In this document: one piece after another, positions 26,167 to 38,881 of the stretch
Layout of the letters: each line of letters opens with the position of its first letter
How positions within the stretch are numbered: position 1 is the first letter of the stretch
Source of the DNA: Ramazzottius varieornatus
Lineage: Eukaryota; Animalia; Tardigrada
Direction: 5' to 3'
NCBI GenBank assembly: GCA_001949185.1
Contig: BDGG01000008.1
Location: forward strand, 620,001-684,000
Length of the DNA: 64,000 bases
The notes under the pieces: generated by a model
The model's input: only the letters and a program-made list of their open reading frames with translations
Database searches by the model: none
What the model was told of the DNA's origin: nothing
Made by a program: the position numbers and the translations under genes

Positions 26167-27361
26167 AAGGGCTTTTGTTTCGTCTTCCCAAAAAGTTAGA
26201 AGACAGAGTCTCAGATGGGCTGGTTGATCTTCAGGTACATCATACTTATAACTCAACACTGCATGCAGGTCGAACTTTTCAATTTTACTTTTCAATTTCA
26301 CTGTTCGATCATTTCGTTATTTTCCTGTTATAGAAAAAATTGTTGACTTCGTGAGCATATACTGACAGTCTGACAGAAATAATCAATCAAAGTTTCGATT
26401 TTCGCTCGCAAGGTATTCGCCAAGTCAACGGGCGGCAAGAGCACTGCATTTCGCTCAGCTAGCGAATATTGCTCAGCTGGTAAACAGTGCGGGCTTTCCC
26501 AATGCTAAAGTCCAAGACACGCCGTCATGAAGTAAAACCTTCTGCCACTCTTTCATCTTCTGGACTTCGCCCGAGGTTTTCCGTTATCATTTGAGCAACT
26601 TAAGCATTCTACTGTAGATAAAAACCTCTGGAAGGATGTGGAGCACTGTCTGCGACGGTGGAACAACTTACACAATTGAAATGTTTGTCTGATTGCATAT
26701 TGGGATACCTGAGTCTGTCGACAGTTAGAAATACTCTGCACCCTTTGACATTGGTCGGGATCCACTGCATAATCCGCCTTTAGTTTCGCCTTGTCCGAAC
26801 AATGGGGACGTTTCACGAGGCGCCAACGAGACCCGTCTGATCCCTGACAGCATATGTTACTTCCTTGTGTGGGATGCCGAGTGATAGCAGCTTATCGGAG
26901 TCTTCATTGGCTCTCAGAGTAATTGGTGGTATTGTCTACGGAAAATGCGCTATCTAGCTTATCTCGTTCGTAGCGTTTATTAATCGTTACGTCGTAAATG
27001 CGGGCGTAGTACGTACTGATTAGACCCAAGCGAGGGCGCTGATTTTCGCAACGACGACTACTCTGAGCCGAGGACCGCATTAGTAACTGCATAATTTTAT
27101 GTTCCGGACTTCCCACCCGGAAACAGGCAATAGAGCAGGAGAACCTCTATTCGTACCAATACCTGCAGTCTCGAAAGCACGGCATTCTTCCGCGCAACAG
27201 GTCGTGGCAAAAAGACTGGCACACCCTATAGTTATGCCCCATAAGAACGCTAGCTGGATGGAGTAGAACTACGTGTTCCAGCTTCTGCTTCCTCTCCCTC
27301 TTCAAACGGGCATTTGGATCCTGTTCCAAGTCCAGACAGACAGGTCATTTCGGAATCCAGG

Positions 27362-30300
27362 ATGTCGGCGAACGGCAAAAGTAAGGTTAGCTAGCTCTCC
27401 CACTCTGTTTTCCAGTGTTCTTTCGCGAGTTGTGAAAGGTGGATATATTTTGCATCTTGACTGCTTGCACTGTGCAGAACCACATCTTCTGGTGGACGTT
27501 GGGGGCCTTCTTTGTTGGTGCCGCCCTTTTTGCAATTGGATATGTCAGCGGATACTTTACACCACGTCCAGGTCCTTCTGCTCCTTCGAGACTTGGCTCA
27601 TGGCGGGAAGGACCCTGTACAACTATCAGCAATGACCAATGTCCGAAAGGGTAAGTACTCTGCTTAGCTATAGCTCGTCCAAATCTTTGGTTCGTCTAAT
27701 CGGCGATCCAGTCTCACCGTATGCTGGACCAGGATTTCCATGACCAGTTTTGTTTTGCAGGTACCGAGATTCGCCACCACTGGTAGTCATCTCCTTTGAT
27801 GGTAAGATCTGTTACGGTTTCCGTATGTTAAAATCATGTTTGCGGTGTATATGGAACTACAGTACGTAGAACGGGAAATGCTTGCATTTCACGCAGGATT
27901 TCGAGCTGAGTATCTGGCCAGAAGGTCTTTGAATATTCCCTCGGTTCGACGTATGCAGCAATGTGGAGTTCACGCCCCATCCATGCGTCCAACGTTTCCA
28001 CCGATCACCTTCCCGAACCATTACAGTATCGCCACCGGGCTTCATGCGGAGTCGCATGGAATAGTCGCCAATGCTTTCTTCGATCAGCGAAACAGAACGA
28101 CTTTCAACTACCACCAATCGTCAGCCAGAGAATCACGATGGTGGCTAGGTAAGTGACAGACTTATCCGAAGTAAGAGCCACGCGCTCGACGTTGACACTC
28201 TACTACAGAGAGAATCGGTCTTATCTTATTCATACAGGAGAACCGATCTGGGTGACGGCGAAGAAACAAGGAAAACGGGCGCATACTTATTTCTGGGTCG
28301 GAAGTGAGGTTGGTCCTTTCGTCGTCACACACATCCGAACTCTCATGTGAAACCCGTCATTTCATGACATATGTGTGTTGTAGGCGGAGATTATGGGTAT
28401 TCGTCCAGACGAATATCACAACTTCGACGGGAGTCATTCGTTTGAACGCCGGGTCGACACCGTGTTAGACTGGCTCTCCCGCCCGGATAGCACTCGTCCT
28501 CAGTAAGTTATGCTACTACTACCAAGAAGATGCTTCGTTGAGTGTCGCTCGTATCAATAGTATTAGACAAAGGACGACCTTTTCTTGATCCTAGGTTGAA
28601 TATGATGTACCTCGAACAGCCGGATTCCGCAGGTATGACTGGGTGAAAATCATGAATTCCGAAACGATCGCGAACTAATACTCGAAGAGTCTTTGTTATC
28701 GAAGTTTAGGTCATACCTTTGGAACTGACAGTCCAAGGTTAGAAGCAGCCGTCGTCCAAGTCGATGCTGCATTGGACCGACTGATGCAAGGTCTCCACGA
28801 GCGCGGCATTTTACAGTGTATCAACGTCTTGCTGGTCTCTGATCATGGGATGCAAAATCATTACTGCAACCAAACAGTGGAACTATCCCCTATATTCGAG
28901 CAAAGTCCAGCTTTGGCCGCTGCTAATTTCAACGACAGCAACTACATTCTATATGGGGTACCTGTGCTATCAGACTTATCGTGCGAATGTGCTTGGCTTT
29001 TCGGAACTGTACCACCCTCTTCTTTTGCGCAGGGTGTGATGGGCCGAATTTCTCTAGATAGAACAAATGCGACTATTGATGACTTCTATGAGGCCCTGAA
29101 ATGTGCTGCTCCGAATGACACTGGGGCGTATTCGAAGTATCAGTTGTACAAGAAGGAAAACCTACCTCGGCGATTCCATTACACTAACGAAGACCGCACC
29201 GAGCCGATACTGATGACACTCAAGCAGGGCCATACAGTCTGGAAGCGTGGATTACCGACTAGCTTCTGCGAAGGTAAGATTTCAACCGAAGTCCCATTTT
29301 TTGTTCATTGATTTATCATTTTCAGCAGTTGGGATCTCGGCAAAAAGACTTGAAAAGATCGTTGTTCCAAGTGGCGCACGTTTCGCTGTTATTGTCCTCG
29401 AGCGTGCGCCACTGGGAAAAACAGTCTTGTCGAGCTTGTTCGTCGATCTCTTAGTTAGTATATCACTCATATATATTATAGGTGGACAACACGGTTATGA
29501 TAGCCTCTATCCCAGTCAGCAGGCAATCTTTTTGGGTCACGGACCGTTACTCAAAACCCAAACGACCATCAGCCCCTTCTCCAACATCGAGGTGTACAAC
29601 TTAATGTGCGATCTGATCGATGTGAAACCGGCGTCCAACAATGGCACATACGGTAGCCTCCACCACGCTTTGCGAAATTCCAAAACAGTTTTAATCGACT
29701 CCAGCGGCCACCTTCCACCCACGCAACCGCGATTCCCTGGGACTTTACAGGACCTTCACGATCGTCAGAACCCAAAGTGTTCGGCAACGTGCGGCATAGC
29801 TGATATCGATGCAGCGGACCTGCGGCTTAATATTACGGAAAGTGACGCTGCTAGCATTCAAAGGCGTGTCGCGCCGTACGGACTTCCTCATGGACCCGGC
29901 AATGGCTCAACGACTGTAGCTTTGGTCGGACAAGACTTCGTTCTGGGATTTAACCACGCTATGAATGCTACTTTATGGGCATCGTTCACGCTCAACAATA
30001 CGGTTGGTTGACGATCTGAATATTCGTGCTGATTAATGTCAAAAATGAGAGGTCGGCCATAGCTTCTTTCAAAGTCACGCACGTTGTCACCCATTAACAC
30101 TGAAAATGTGCGCCCTTCGGAAAACATCTTGTAGATTTCGGTCTCCGCGCTCCCAGATATTTTCATCGGAAACGTTTGTTTGTCGACGAACCGCCACAAT
30201 GTCTGATCTTTTCTTAGATGAGTGACGTACAGCTACCGGATACAACTTGCCTGCGAAATGACGTTCGTGTGTCTCGGGGCGGACTGACCTGCGAGGATTT

Positions 30301-31120
30301 TCCCACGGCCAACGCCCAGTCAAATTTCAGCGCAATCTATCTTTTTCCTCCAGGTGAGTTTTACTTCATCGAACAGATCAGTGTATCCGGCAAAAACCCT
30401 CTATGGTCGACCTTGGTTTCCAATACTGTAGGCCTTTCTTCTGACCGGGAAAACGCGCTGATTGTATCAAACGCCCTGCCCATGTACAGAGCTTTCAAGA
30501 ACGGCATCTGGACGAGGTTCTGGGATTTGCTCAAGATATGGGCAGCTTCAGCGACCAGCCTCAATGTTGTTACTGGCCCGGTCTACGACGAAGCGGCTCC
30601 ATATGGTATTCTGGATCCTCCTGCCGACATCAGGTAACTCTGTCTGGCAGTGTGGCAAGAAAAGTTTTCAGGAACTACTGGTAGTCGATCAACTTGTAGT
30701 CGATGAATTTATTTTTGCAGTGAGTTTCCTGGTCATCCGACTTTGAAGATTCCCTCGCATTTTTTTGCTGTGACAGCCAAGACGAACGTCAGTTGTTCGT
30801 CACAGCCATCGTGCCTCCCGGACGTAATGGCGTTTATATTACCACACGATCCAGAAGAAAGAATGCCGTGCCAGGTAAATTTATACAGTACCATATGAAC
30901 TTAACAGCTCCTACTGGTTTTGAAAATTAGCCGGTGCAGCAGTTATTAAAGGTATTCGTAGGATGAAATGTCATATTTCCTGACACAAAGCGCGACGGTG
31001 AAGGACGTCGAAATGAGCACGGGCCTGCGGTTCTTTTCGGGGTTGCCCATATACGATGGCATCAAGCTCCGGACATCTTTGCCCACAAAGCTTTGGCATC
31101 TGGCAGTCGGATTAGAATAG
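27362..31120 (+). CDS. Ectonucleotide pyrophosphatase/phosphodiesterase (ENPP1/3-like), type II membrane, multi-exon
   Basis: N-terminal TM, LVVISFDG|FRAEYL, catalytic TFPNHYSIATGL, GEPIW, EQPDSAGH, SDHGM and GQHGYD motifs, then a C-terminal nuclease-like domain ending ..TGLRFF..KLRTSLPTKLWHLAVGLE* (TAG 31118-31120). Confidence 0.92.
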
Positions 31121-31129
31121 ATTTCCTTA

Positions 31130-31663
31130 CTATTTGAGACTGTTCGGGTCGACGGCGAATTCGGCCGTCTTCAGAGTTCCTGAAAAGTCGGAAACCAGTC
31201 TGCTTTGTACTTTTGGGAACTGTCTCAGTACTTTCGTACGTACCTACCTTATCGAAGCGAAAGGCGTACTTACCTCCTGGCGCGCCAGTGTAATGGTATC
31301 CTCTGAACTGTGCGGGACCCAGTTGCGACCAGCTGCCATCTGGGTTCACGACTTTATCGGGAGCTCGCGTCTCCCCAACCCACTCGCTCGGTGCGTCCTT
31401 CCTCGGCGCGCTGAACCAAACCTGACCGACATAATCACGAGGTACGCTCTTGTCCACAACGAAGAAACCTACGGTAGTATAAGGTTCCCAACAGGCTCAA
31501 ACAGGTACTTTTCCTCGCACAGTATTCGCAGCTAGTGCTTACCGTCGCTCGTTTCCCACGTTCCTTTTATCGGCGCAGTTCCTTCCGTTGCGTCTTCATA
31601 CGTGGCTTCGTAGGTGCCGTCGGAATAATAACGTGCGTTGAATCCTTTATTTTCTGTAGACAT
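31130..31663 (-). CDS. Orphan 121-aa protein (exons 31543-31663, 31274-31468, 31130-31179)
   Basis: Canonical splice sites give a 366-nt CDS: MSTENKGFNARYYSDGTYEATYEDATEGTAPIKGTWETSDGFFVVDK...YHYTGAPGGTLKTAEFAVDPNSLK*. The structure is corroborated by an adjacent paralog with the same intron positions. Confidence 0.8.
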
Positions 31664-32022
31664 CTTTTTGAAGGTTCACAAGGGTGAACAAATGTTCGAA
31701 GACGTATCAACCAGTACACCAGTTTTCAAGTAGTCCTTGCCACAACGTCTGCTAAGTCTGGTAGAGTTACACAAGCAGGGACCTGCAGGCTAGAATAATC
31801 TACTGAATAGCGGAGTGCGTAGTACTATATAATACTGTATATTGCTTCGCGTTGTTATCTACAGCAAAAATATGGCGAGTAATTGGTGACTATATAGCCC
31901 ACTCGACAAAAACTCATGACGCCGCGCTGGATTATGTCTGCTCGTCTTTATGCAGGACGACTCACGACGCCATGACGAATGGTCGCTCTGTGTGTATTTT
32001 GTTTCAGACTGTCCTTCGCGTA

Positions 32023-32552
32023 AAGGTTGAGTCACACTACTTGGATAGATTTCGAAATTCCACAGAAAATTCATCACGCGGTCTCTTCTCCCAAATTTAT
32101 TCTTCAAGTAGCTCATGTACTTGTAATTGTTCTGTGCAAATTTGGTAGAGATCACACTTGCACGAAAAAAAAACAGGAAAGAGCATAGACGGCTCATAAA
32201 TCGGGGTCAATTTTTGGATTCAGAGTAGCCTACATTTATATTTAGTTGACTGTTGAACACAAGCTTCTGAAAATTTTCGGCAACGCTATTCTCACCGAAA
32301 GGGTTTTGGCGATCGGACAAAAACTAGTTCTCTGATATTTCTCTCCGCAGGTCGTCCTGTGACAGACAATTGGGTGACTGCAGCAGAAATTTTTTCATGC
32401 AAGTCTGTCCGTACAAGTGCGATCTCTGTCAAACTTGTACAGAACCGTTATCAGTACATGAGCTATCTAAGGAATAAATTCGGGAGAAGAAGAACGCGTG
32501 ATGAATTTTCTGTAGAATTTCAAAATCCGTCCAAGTAATGGAACTCAACCTG
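32023..32552. mobile_element. Foldback/MITE with ~140-bp imperfect TIRs, TA-flanked
   Basis: 32023-32164 is the reverse complement (imperfect) of 32410-32552, with TA on both sides. Confidence 0.75.
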
Positions 32553-32813
32553 TAGCTCACACGAGGGCAAGAGCCCGTCGTGAGCGGTGAGGTTGGGCAG
32601 GCAGGATACTAGGTGAGTCGTAAATAAGAAAAATGGGGAACCGAACGCAGTTTTTTTAATCCTCTATACGGTGCATGAGCGAGCATGAACGCGTTCGCTG
32701 CTGAGATAAACACGGTCGGACCTTCAGTTCTTTTTCGGGTAGCGTGTCGAACTTCGGACAGTGTTGCCCACAAAGCGGCAATGTTTCTCTGCTTGGCTAA
32801 AGTGACGGACCTT

Positions 32814-33324
32814 TTACTGTAGAAGGCTGCTCGGATCGAACGTGTATTCTGCTGCTCTCAACCTACCTAAAAAGAAGGAAATACGGCTCTGAATACCAGC
32901 AGATGAGTAGAAACAGTTTGCAAGACTAAGAACACTGTACTCAATTTTACCTCCTGGAGTGCCGGTGTAATGGGAGCTCTGGAACAGCGAAGGACCGGAC
33001 TGCGCGATATTGGGATCCGGCGCAGCCGTTTCCCCTTCAAGATAGCTGGGTCCGTCCTTGCTCGGAGCGCTGAAGTAAATTTTACCGACGTTTGGTTCAC
33101 GGCTTGCTCTTTTCCACCTTGAAAAACCCTAAAACCAAACTGCCAGCTTCGGTCAATTCTATGTTACGTTTCCTTACTAGTAAAAGCATCTCCGCAAGCT
33201 CACCGTCGCTGTCGTCCCAAGGCCCTTTTATGGGAGCCGTTCCTTCTTTCGCCCCGTCGTACGTGGCTTCACACGTGCCATCGGAAAATTACCGTGCTGT
33301 AAATCCTTTATTTTCCATGGCCAT
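32814..33324 (-). pseudogene. Disabled paralog of the 31130-31663 orphan gene
   Basis: Same 3-exon layout (33204-33324, 32951-33128, 32814-32866). In-frame TAA at 33289-33291 replaces Tyr, and there is a TGA plus frameshift at ~33097. Confidence 0.8.
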
Positions 33325-34196
33325 ATTCATAGCGAATTCCTGAGTAGCAAAAAGGAAGACAAGACAAGAAGCAATTGATTTAATGATAATTTTTCCCGGC
33401 AGTATTCGACCCTCGAAAAATGCAACCAGGATCAAAGCTGCAGGCTGGGATAATGTTGGAATAGTGGGGAAGGCCTGGTAACTTTTGTTGTCTTGTCACT
33501 ATAGTGTCGCCGTTCTGAACTAAGAACGTCATGGCTGTAACACCCAATTAAGGCTCCAACTTCTGTTCACATGCCGCTTCCAGTTACGCTCATCAATGTG
33601 CGCACGATGAGTCAACCGTAATAAATTTGAAAGTATCACCTATTTCAATGTGGGCTTTCACGAGCGAACTTCTTCGCTGCCACTCGTGGAACTAGTTGCA
33701 TGTTCTTCCCACAAGCAAAGTCACACCATGACTTTCTCAAGTGTGGTACTGTGACTGTTACTGGAACGGTTCGAAGAACCAAGTTACACTTTACTCATTG
33801 AACGGGTGAAAAGACAAATAGCGAAGCCTTTCGGTTATATAATCATCACTCCATCAAAATTTCCGACTGCGCGGCTGGCAAGTCGGGAAAACAGCCAAGG
33901 GTAGTTTGTGGTAGGTACGTTTGTGAAGAATTGAAGCTATCATCCGTCTAAGATTTGGCGAACCATTGTAATGAGCAGAGAAGGGGCGGTATGACCTTAT
34001 CACCATCTACTTGGTTATCTACCGATAGATCAAAGTCCGGTTGCATTGCCTTGACGTTTGTACTCTCCTCTACGAATCGACGCATACCTTCCATATTACA
34101 TTATACACTAGGCCGTCGGACTATTTTCGTCCTGGATGCTATTCCTGCACCAAACTAACTGCTGGTTGCGGCTGCTGGACGCCGCTTTCTAACGAA

Positions 34197-36977
34197 ATGT
34201 GGATTCGGTCGTATCGAGTTTTCAACCATGTCTGCAGTTGGCGCATGGCAAGGTAGTGCACCGCAGCATGCTTGGAAAATCGTACCTGAGAGTGGATCGT
34301 ACTAAACTACTAATTATGTACGATATTCCTTCCAGACTTCATGCCAAGAATCTGTCTTCTCTCAGCCAGCAAGAGTCGATTCGGTCAAAGCTAAAGAAGA
34401 GCTACGTGAATGGAGCCTCAGCGACTCCTCTTGTTGGCCACACCATCGGAGATTTGATCGACATGCAAGCGGAGCAGAAGCCCGATCAAGAAGCCTTTGT
34501 TTTCCCTGCTCAAAACATCCGTAAGAGCTACGGCGACCTGAAGCAAGACGTCGATGGGTTTGCCGCTGGACTGTTGAAGCTCGGCATGCAACCGAGAGAT
34601 CGCGTGGGGATATGGTCTCCTAACGCCTATGAGTGGGTACAAAACAAAAGTACAAAATGTCCCTGACCACTGTCCGTTTGGTCGTGCCGTCCCTTAAAGA
34701 GCTGTTTTTGATGATCTGTTCAACAGGTTGTCTGTGCGTTTGGCGCAGCCAAAGCCGGACTCGTCCTCGTCTTAGTGAACCCCGGTTACAAGAGCCACGA
34801 GCTGGAATATTGTTTGAATAAGGTTCAAGTCAAGACGTTGGTGGCGGCTGAGGGTATGAAATCACTCAACTACTACCAGATGCTAACTGAACTCAATCAG
34901 GGCCTCGCGAAGGGAACCAAGTCAAATAGGTATGCTGCGTCGGATTCCCAAGTGAAACGCGCCCTTCATAACTGGTGGCTCGTTTCAAGGACGCCCCACT
35001 TGGAGCACATTGTGATGACTGGCCAGAAAGTATACCCCGGTACCCTCCGCTTCGAAGACGTCGGAAGCTCTGGAAATAAGGAGAACTATGCAAAGCTGGA
35101 ACAAATAGCAGAGCTCGTTCAGTTTGACGATCCTGCAAACATTCAGGTATCCTGATGAACCGCTTGATGGCTTTCGGGTGGCTTGTGCCGGCATAGCGTC
35201 AGTATAGCCGATAACGTACTCAGCCATATTTTGCACCTTCTAGTTTACCTCGGGAACAACCGGAAATCCTAAAGGTATGCAGTTCTTTTTTGCTAGTGAG
35301 GCTTTCCAACTGAACATTGTGTCCACAGGTGCCACACTGACACACCACAATATTGTCAATAACGGCTACTTTGGGGGACGACGATTCAATTTTCATCAAG
35401 AAAAGGTACGCGCACCTGGCCTAATCATTGGCCGGGACAAACTTACCGGCCACTGGCCGAAAGTGACAACGCTTTGATTGATTGGTCATGCAGTTTAGCT
35501 GGCAGCTTCTGCCTTCGGATGGTGGCCGGTAATTTTGGCCCGGTCGATAACTAGGCCAGGTGCGTGTACCGGTAGTCATCTTCAGATCCCGCTAGATCAA
35601 AGCTTTGCGCTACTTGGTTTCTTCTGTGAAGCCGAATTTGACTATAGGACACCCGGATATGTTGTCCAGTTCCACTGTACCACTGCTTCGGCTGGGTTCT
35701 TGGTTCTTTGTGTGCGTTGTCGCACGGAGTATGCATAGTCTATCCTGAAGGAAAGTTTGACGCGGAAGCAACCCTCAAAGCTATACATAACGAAAAATGC
35801 ACTACCATCTATGGTGAGTGTAAGCAATCTCAATGTCCAGCCATATTCCAGCCGGCTAACTGCACCTTTGCTGGATTTGCGTGACAGGAGTTCCGACCAT
35901 GTTCTCGGATATGCTGTACCATCCAGACTTCCACAAGTTCGACACTAGCTCGCTAAGAAGCGGCTTGATGTCTGGTAAATTGCAAGGCCCGATACCGAAG
36001 CCAACATAACTGCATAATTCCTTAGACATTATATTGTTTTATTTTTGCTGTATAAAATAGGTGCTCCGTGTCCAGTAGAGCTTGTAAAGAAGGTTCGCGA
36101 TAAGATGAAGGTGAAGAATATCTTGGTGGGATACGGAATGACGGAGACAAGTCCGCTGTCACATGTATCCTTCCTCGGGGACCCGGCGGAATACGTCACC
36201 AGCACAGTCGGAAGAGCAATGGACCATGTCGAGGTATCGACAATTTTTTTCAACCGTCTAGATATAGCGAGGAAATATCCCGACTAACTTCTCCCATTTT
36301 CAGACGAAAATCGTAGACGCAGGCGGAAGAGTGGTGCCAATAGGGACTCCGGGAGAAATTCTTACTCGTGGTTATAACACATTCCTTGGGTATTGGGAAG
36401 AAGAGCAGAAGACGAAGGAAGCGGTCACGGAGACCGGATGGAACAAATCAGGGTAACTACTTTGAAGAACTCTTTTTCCGAAACTGGAAATTTCATACTT
36501 GTAGTGACATTGGGGTAATGAACGAAAATGGGTACGTCCGTATTGTGGGTCGATCGAAGGACGTAATCATTCGCGGTGGCGAAAACGTCTATCCGGCCGA
36601 GGTCGAGTCGTGCCTGCATCATCATCCCTCAGTGGTGGAAGCTTACGTGGTCGGAGTGCCCGACGATAGGCTAGGTGAAGAAACTTGTGCTTGGATAAGG
36701 CCGAGGAAAGAAGTTACCGAGAAAGAACTGAAGGACTTTTGCGGAGCAGAGGTGAGAAGAAACGCTTCGTGCTATTCCTTCTATGAATGTACTGTAGCAA
36801 TACGTTCCTTTCTACTTTCAGCTGGCCAGCTTCAAAGTACCGAGATACTTTGTCTTCTTGGAGCCAGATGAGGCTTTTCCGCTGACCGTCACGGGGAAAG
36901 TACAAAAGTTTATACTGCGTGAAAAGTCAATTACACGTCTGAAGCTCGACGGAGTTCAAGGCCCCTTCGCCGCCTAA
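34197..36977 (+). CDS. ACSF2: Mitochondrial medium-chain acyl-CoA ligase, multi-exon
   Basis: DDPANIQ|[11 protein letters not shown] (A3 motif), [42 protein letters not shown] and [12 protein letters not shown] motifs. Confidence 0.93.
35409..35566. mobile_element. Small TA-flanked MITE at the start of an ACSF2 intron
   Basis: Imperfect ~45-bp inverted repeats (CGCGCACCTGGCCTA... / ...TAGGCCAGGTGCGTG), flanked by TA. Confidence 0.65.
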
Positions 36978-37095
36978 TCTTCACACACCATTGCTTCGTT
37001 TAATTCCGACGTTTAGCTTTTGCTCATGGTAGGTCTTCTAATGCAAGCGCTGTTGTCTGTATAGTATTTTAAACCTTTGTCGATCCGCACCACGG

Positions 37096-38363
37096 TCAGA
37101 CTAATGTCGTCTGGTCAAAGCTGAACTTGTGGTTACGCGGATAGACCGGAAACCTCCAGTTACTGGCTGGGGTATTTGAACACTGAAACTCTCCGGCAAC
37201 GGTTCCGTCATTTCCACAAAGACAGGACATGTGGCATCCGCCGCTTGCGCTGGCGTAGAACGCTGGCCGAAGAGGGCGGTTGTCGGCCCTGGAGAATGAA
37301 GTTTTAGCTTTGCAGTTCATATCAATAGAAACATTCCTCCAAGAGACCATTTGTATCGTACCTCAGAACAGCGCTCGCCAGAATCCAACAAACCGCTTCG
37401 GACACTGGACTTCCGGTTACGCACGAGATGGCTCCCGAGGTTGTGTCATTCAACTGGGTCCAGTTTGCTGTACAAAACAAAATTTAATCTGCACTTACGC
37501 ATTGAGTTAGGCTGTGAAACCCAGCATCCTATGTGTGTCCGCCTTTCAACGAACGCACGTACCGCAGTTGCTGTAAGTTGGGCAGGAGTTCAAGATGGAG
37601 AACGACGCAAGACACCGCTGGTTCAATTCAGGTCCATCGCACAGCGAGTAGCAGTAGTATTCCAGCTTCTTCGCGTCGTTTGGTCGGCACTCGCATTCCA
37701 CTGTGGATAACCAGTGGTTCCGATCATTCGACAGACCGATGACTTGTCGATCCCGCTGGCAACTTAGGTCGCTCACTTGTATGGCTAGAATCGAAGCTCC
37801 AGTTTATGAGATTTACATGAAAAACCAATACTGCTACTGAATTTGGAAGGGTACTTACAACCGTCATTCGGACGTCTTGGTTCTTCGGGTGCTCGCCGAA
37901 GCTCCTGCGGCGGCGGAGGACCCATCGGCGGACCCATCGGCGGACCCATCGGCGGACCCATCGGCGGACCCATCGGCGGACCCATCGGAGGACCCATTGG
38001 AGATCCCATCGGTCCCATACTCATGGAGCCCGGAGGTCCCGGAGGAGGTGGAGCCTGGAAGTCTGGTCCGTACCACTTGGTCATGCCTTGGTAGTTTGGT
38101 CGCAGCTCTGGCATGGGAAAAGCGTTGTAGAGGTTGCTAACAGAGTTTGCGTCTGCTGGACCCGAAAAGCCGCTTCTTCCTTGAGCTGTCGGCACGCCTC
38201 GGCTGTTGGATCCAGGCAGCGCCATACCGATGTAGTTTTCCAGTCCGCGGGAGTACTTGTCGTCAAGATCGGGTACACCCATGGGAATATCAAGCCGTCC
38301 TTGAAGCTGGCACAGCGAGAAGTCTAAAAGCGCCATGAGGATGAGGGGCTGAACGATGGCCAT
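37096..38363 (-). CDS. Secreted 341-aa orphan: signal peptide, (MGPP)n tract, Cys-rich C-terminus; exons 37859-38363, 37563-37784, 37362-37467, 37096-37288
   Basis: Hydrophobic N-terminus MAIVQPLILMALLDFSLC. Four exons join in phase to 1026 nt, with 14 Cys in exons 2-4. Confidence 0.75.
37918..38018. repeat. 12-bp coding minisatellite (GGACCCATCGGC)n encoding MGPP repeats on the minus strand
   Basis: Directly visible tandem units. Confidence 0.95.
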
Positions 38364-38745
38364 TTTGTGCTGAAGGTCTTCAGCTTGCTCAGAAGAACGA
38401 GAAGACTGTACGGAGGAATATTCTGTTTAAGCTGGTTTCGCCTTCCGCATGGAAACAAAGTATCAACTCACTGTCACTGTGTAGCGTAATTAAGCGCGAT
38501 AAAAGTGAGGGTGTAGTCTTTGACCACTGAAAAGTTGTTTGCAAGCTTCGATGACCACGGCTAGAGCGCAGACAAACAACATACGAATTTCCGGAGGACC
38601 ACAGATTTGGTGTATGGTACTAAAAACGATTATTTTTCACACGTAACATTCGGCTGCCCGAAGAACCGTGGAACTGAGCTGGAATGTACAGTAGCTGTAA
38701 GAACGAACCCACAAATGATAAATCAGAACACCGAATGGCAAAAAC

Positions 38746-38818
38746 TGCTCGATGTGAGGCTCGAACTCACGACCTTAGGATTATGAGACCTACGCTCTAC
38801 CGGCTGAGCCAATCGAGC
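38746..38818 (-). tRNA. tRNA-Met (elongator, anticodon CAT)
   Basis: GCTCGATTGGCTCAGCCGGTAGAGCGTAGGTCTCATAATCCTAAGGTCGTGAGTTCGAGCCTCACATCGAGCA forms a 73-nt cloverleaf with A/B boxes and a downstream TTTTT terminator. Confidence 0.95.
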
Positions 38819-38881
38819 ACATTCGGAAATGGGACGTAGATTATAGCTACGATGTATAGTAAAAATCGGTTTGCGGCGCTA

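Noticed and set aside
31062-31457. 131-aa ORF as a single-exon gene overlapping the ENPP CDS
   Set aside because: Paralog comparison shows it is exon 2 plus intron read-through. The supported stop is at 31130.
33660-33895. Cluster of short hairpins suggesting a ncRNA
   Set aside because: No snRNA, snoRNA or SRP signature is recognisable, and the stems are short enough to arise by chance.
37918-38018. CRISPR-like array
   Set aside because: No spacers, eukaryotic context, and the repeat is coding.
37843-38140. Plus-strand ORFs with GGPI or DPSA repeats
   Set aside because: These are antisense shadows of the MGPP minisatellite. Only the minus frame has a signal peptide and splice partners.
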